DNA of 27,926 nucleotides from a virus. Lineage: Duplodnaviria; Caudoviricetes. The stretch spans positions 1 to 27,926 of IMG/VR virus record IMGVR_UViG_3300010203_000018; one strand, 5' to 3'. The notes beneath the pieces are model-generated. The model saw nothing but the letters and a program-made list of their open reading frames with translations. It made no database searches and was not told the origin of the DNA. The position numbers and the translations under genes are program-made. Of the stretch, positions 24,927 through 27,926 are shown piece after piece. Positions within the stretch are counted from its first letter, which is position 1; each line of letters starts with the position of its first letter.

Positions 24927-25564
24927 CAGCGTCCCTGTTCGACTTCCGCCAGGCGGTCCTCGACGCCATCTCGGCGACGCTGCCCGGCGTCACCGTCGAG
25001 ACCCATGGCGGGACGTTCACGCTCGACGAACTGAAGCGCTATTCGGTGCGCGCGCCGATCGCCGTGCTCGCGCTGGTCGGCTTCGGCCGCGTCGGCCGGG
25101 CCAGCGACGGCCGCGTCCAGCTGCCGACGCGCTGGGCGCTGGTCATCATCGCGAAAGACGAGATCAAGGGCGGCGCCAAGGTCGATCGCAACATGGCCGC
25201 CGCCGCCATGGCAGGCGCCATGACGCTGGCGCTCGAAGGCAATCGGTTCGCGACGGCCGGCGCGCGCCGGCCCGAGGATTTGGCCGCGCAAAACGAATAT
25301 TCGGGCGGAGCCGATCTCGCCGGCGTCGCCATCTGGCAGGTCAACTGGACCTCGCCGCTCAAGGTCGGCGCGATGATCGACCCCGACACTTTCGCGGCGA
25401 CCGATTTCGGCGTGATCGAGGCGGACGCGATCAAGGCGCTCTCGGACATCTGGATCAACGGCGTCCCGATGTCCTCCGGCGACGAAATCCTGCCCGATCT
25501 CGCGGTCGGCGCGCCCGACGTCGCGCCGCTGCCGACCTTCAAGCGCAATGGGGGCGTGGGATGA
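24923..25564 (+). CDS. Putative tail completion protein (Mu gp37-like)
   Basis: VETHGGTFTLDELKRY...AP, GVAIWQVNW; position. Confidence 0.6.
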   Translation: MTASLFDFRQAVLDAISATLPGVTVETHGGTFTLDELKRYSVRAPIAVLALVGFGRVGRASDGRVQLPTRWALVIIAKDEIKGGAKVDRNMAAAAMAGAMTLALEGNRFATAGARRPEDLAAQNEYSGGADLAGVAIWQVNWTSPLKVGAMIDPDTFAATDFGVIEADAIKALSDIWINGVPMSSGDEILPDLAVGAPDVAPLPTFKRNGGVG

Positions 25565-26025
25565 GCGACGCCATCGCCGCGCTGCAGGCGCAGATCGACG
25601 ACATGGCCTATCTCCTCTCCGAGATGGAGCGGCGGCTGCATCTCGCCTCGGGCATGCAGGGCGTCGTCAAGAGCTACGACAAGGCCAAGCACACCGTCGT
25701 GGTCGATCTCGGATACGACAGCCACGATATCCCGGTGACCAATTCCAATGGCGACGTCTCCCCGCTCGCCAAGGGCGACCTCGTCCATGTGCATTGCCCC
25801 TCCGGCGACATGGCCAACGCCTATTGCACGCCGGCCGGCTATTCGGGCCAGCAGAAGCCGCCGGCCACTGACGGCGCCAAGGTGATGTCGAAGCCCGGCG
25901 GCGGCCAGTTCAAGAGCGTCGACGGCAATGCCGCCCATGTCGTCGCCGGCGGCGTGACGCAGCTCGTCCTGGAGCTGGGCGGCCAGAAATTCACCATCAA
26001 ACCCGAAGCCCTGAACCCTGCTTAA
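25561..26025 (+). CDS. Baseplate spike protein, P2 gpV-like (short)
   Basis: LSEMERRL...GVVKSYD, GDLVHVHCPSGDMANA resembling gpV OB fold. Confidence 0.7.
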   Translation: MSDAIAALQAQIDDMAYLLSEMERRLHLASGMQGVVKSYDKAKHTVVVDLGYDSHDIPVTNSNGDVSPLAKGDLVHVHCPSGDMANAYCTPAGYSGQQKPPATDGAKVMSKPGGGQFKSVDGNAAHVVAGGVTQLVLELGGQKFTIKPEALNPA

Positions 26026-26036
26026 AGGAGGCTTGA

Positions 26037-26306
26037 ATGCCCGTTTTGGACCGCTCGCCAAAGGCGCTGCCGACCGAAGTCTATGTCGTCATCGAGGAGG
26101 TGCAGAACCTGCACATCGCCGGCCGCAAGGTGCGGAAGGGCGATGAAATCACGCTCAGCGCGCCGCTCGCCGACCATTGGCTCAACGAGGGCGTGATCAA
26201 GCTCAAGAGCGACGTCGAGGCCGCCGCCAAGCAGGCCGCCAAGAGCACGGAAAAGACCGCCGACAAAGGCGCCGCCTCCGCCACCACGGACAAGGCGGCC
26301 TCCTGA
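26037..26306 (+). CDS. Hypothetical protein
   Basis: RBS AGGAGG; 89 aa. Confidence 0.7.
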   Translation: MPVLDRSPKALPTEVYVVIEEVQNLHIAGRKVRKGDEITLSAPLADHWLNEGVIKLKSDVEAAAKQAAKSTEKTADKGAASATTDKAAS

Positions 26307-26692
26307 TGCGCGTCGGGCTCGATCGCAGGACTGGCGAAGTGTTGACCGGCTGGGATGAATGCGCCCAGTCGCTCGGCTGCATCGCCGAGACCGCGATCGG
26401 CTCGCTCGTGCTCAACCGGCAATTCGGGTCGGATATTCCCGGCCTGCAGGACCGGCCGCAGAATGGGGCGACGCTCGGCGACTATTTCACCGCGCTCGCC
26501 CGCGCCTTCGCCGCCTGGGAGCCGGCCTTTCGGCTGACGAAAATCACGCCGGTGCGGCTCGGAGGCGACGGCGTCGCCGGCTTCGACATCGCCGGCATCT
26601 TCTATCCCAACGGCCACCTCGGCGACTATTCCAACCCGCAGGGCCAAGTGGTGCGCGTCGCCCCGGCCGGCATGATCAAGGTGGCTGCCTGA
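26306..26692 (+). CDS. Baseplate protein W (P2 gpW / T4 gp25 family)
   Basis: GLDRRTG..LTGWD...QSL..I..T.IGS.V..R.FGSDIP.L.D.P.N, WEP. Confidence 0.88.
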   Translation: MRVGLDRRTGEVLTGWDECAQSLGCIAETAIGSLVLNRQFGSDIPGLQDRPQNGATLGDYFTALARAFAAWEPAFRLTKITPVRLGGDGVAGFDIAGIFYPNGHLGDYSNPQGQVVRVAPAGMIKVAA

Positions 26693-27591
26693 TGGCGACG
26701 CTGCCGTTCGACCTTTCCGCGCTGCCGGCGCCCGAGGCGCTTGAGACCTGGACGTTCGACCAGATTTTCCAGGCCTCGGTCGCCGACGTCGTGGCGCGCC
26801 TGAACGCCGCCGAAATCCCTTATAATGTCGACAAGCTGGTCGCCAACCCGATGAGCTTCGTGGTCCGGGGCGCCGCTTATCGCGAAGGGCTGATGCGTCA
26901 GCGGGTGAATGATGCGGTGCGGGCGGTGCTCGCTCCCCTGGCGCAGAAGGCCGATCTCGACAACGTCTGCGCCCGCATCGGCGTTCAGCGCCTGCTGATC
27001 CAGCCCGCGACCGACACGTCGGATGCGATCTACGAGAACGACGCGCAGCTGCTGCGCCGCTATCTCCTCGCCTTTGACCGGCCGGCGGCGGGCTCGGCCG
27101 ACAAATATCTATACGAGGCCTATACGGCGTGGCCGGACATGCTCGACGCCGCCGTGCGCGGATTCGAGACGCATGGGCGGCGCGGCGATATCGACCTGGT
27201 CGTGATCGGCCCCGGCGGAGCGCTGCCGACCGATACGCAGCTCGCCGCAGTGCGCGCGGCGGTCAACGCCAGCGGCGTGAAGGGCGAGGCGACCTCCATG
27301 ACCGTGATGGCGGCCAGGCGCACGCTGTTCGATGTGTCCATGCTGCTCGACATCCCGGAGGGGCCGGACCCCGCGACTGTGATCGCCGGCGCTGAGAAGC
27401 GCGTGACGGCGGCGGCGGCCGAGCGCATGGTGGTCGGCGGCCAAGCGCCGCTAGATCTGCTGTTTGGCGCGGCCTATGGCCCCGGCGTGACCAAGGTGAC
27501 GCGGATCGCGCCCGCAGCGGACATCCTGCCCGATCCCTATGCCGTGCCGGTCATGACCGGCCTGTCGGTCAAGCGGGCGGAGGCGTCATGA
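26692..27591 (+). CDS. Baseplate protein J (P2 gpJ-like)
   Basis: DLSALPAP, AYREGLMRQRVNDA, ADLDN, ENDAQL, AGS..Y. Confidence 0.9.
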   Translation: MATLPFDLSALPAPEALETWTFDQIFQASVADVVARLNAAEIPYNVDKLVANPMSFVVRGAAYREGLMRQRVNDAVRAVLAPLAQKADLDNVCARIGVQRLLIQPATDTSDAIYENDAQLLRRYLLAFDRPAAGSADKYLYEAYTAWPDMLDAAVRGFETHGRRGDIDLVVIGPGGALPTDTQLAAVRAAVNASGVKGEATSMTVMAARRTLFDVSMLLDIPEGPDPATVIAGAEKRVTAAAAERMVVGGQAPLDLLFGAAYGPGVTKVTRIAPAADILPDPYAVPVMTGLSVKRAEAS

Positions 27592-27926
27592 GCCCCGTGA
27601 GAATCCTGCCGCCCACCGCCACCGCTTTCGAGCAGGCGATCGAGACCGGGATCGGCTATGACCTGCCGGTCCCCGTTCGCCAGGTCGTCGATCCCGCGCA
27701 AACGCCGGCCGATTTCCTGCCGTGGCTCGCCGGGCATGAGTCCGTCGATTTGTGGTTTTCGGATTGGTCCGAGGCCCGCAAGCGCACGGTCATCGCCAAC
27801 GCCTGGCGCGACGCGGCGTGGAAGGGCACGCGCGCCGGCGCCGTCGCCTTCCTCTCCTATGTCGACGCCGAGCTGCTCGACGTGGTCGCCTATCCGCGCC
27901 CGTTTATCGTCGGCCGCGCGGCGATG
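27588..27926 (+). CDS. Tail protein I (P2 gpI-like), truncated by window end
   Basis: Manual translation MSPVRILPPTATAFEQA...FLPWLAGHESVDLW..DWSEARKR...KGT. Confidence 0.85.
   Translation, partial: MSPVRILPPTATAFEQAIETGIGYDLPVPVRQVVDPAQTPADFLPWLAGHESVDLWFSDWSEARKRTVIANAWRDAAWKGTRAGAVAFLSYVDAELLDVVAYPRPFIVGRAAM

Larger units (their letters stand above)
1..27926. mobile_element. Mu-like transposable prophage (partial; ends outside window) with P2-like baseplate module
   Basis: Repressor/ner/DDE transposase/AAA ATPase followed by GemA, Mor/C, lysis, Mu gp26-gp36-like head genes and P2 V/W/J/I-like genes; extensive ATGA/TGATG translational coupling. Confidence 0.97.

Overview
The whole window is the left and central part of a Mu-like (transposable) prophage. 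GC-rich codon usage and a GapR homolog point to an alphaproteobacterial host. Gene order is: small membrane gene and CI-type repressor (minus strand); ner, ParB-like, MuA transposase and MuB ATPase; accessory region (tandem wHTH, DnaA domain IV-like, DUF3164, GemA, a C4-antisense-like cassette, MT-A70 methyltransferase); Mor/C-like activator; lysis cassette (amidase, holin, Rz/Rz1); GapR; terminases, portal, MuF, protease/scaffold and capsid; then a P2-type baseplate block (V, W, J, I) that runs off the right edge. The prophage ends are not visible. The most striking unexplained signal is a 64-nt tRNA-like structure with its own minus-strand sigma70-type promoter, directly behind a MuF protein that has a probable RNase-fold C-terminal extension and no immunity ORF. 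Other signals are a shared 16-bp palindrome plus -10 architecture before two late operons, a recurring A-[HL]-N motif in protease, scaffold and portal, and a G7 frameshift just upstream of the transposase. All family assignments come from motif recognition and synteny, not database searches.
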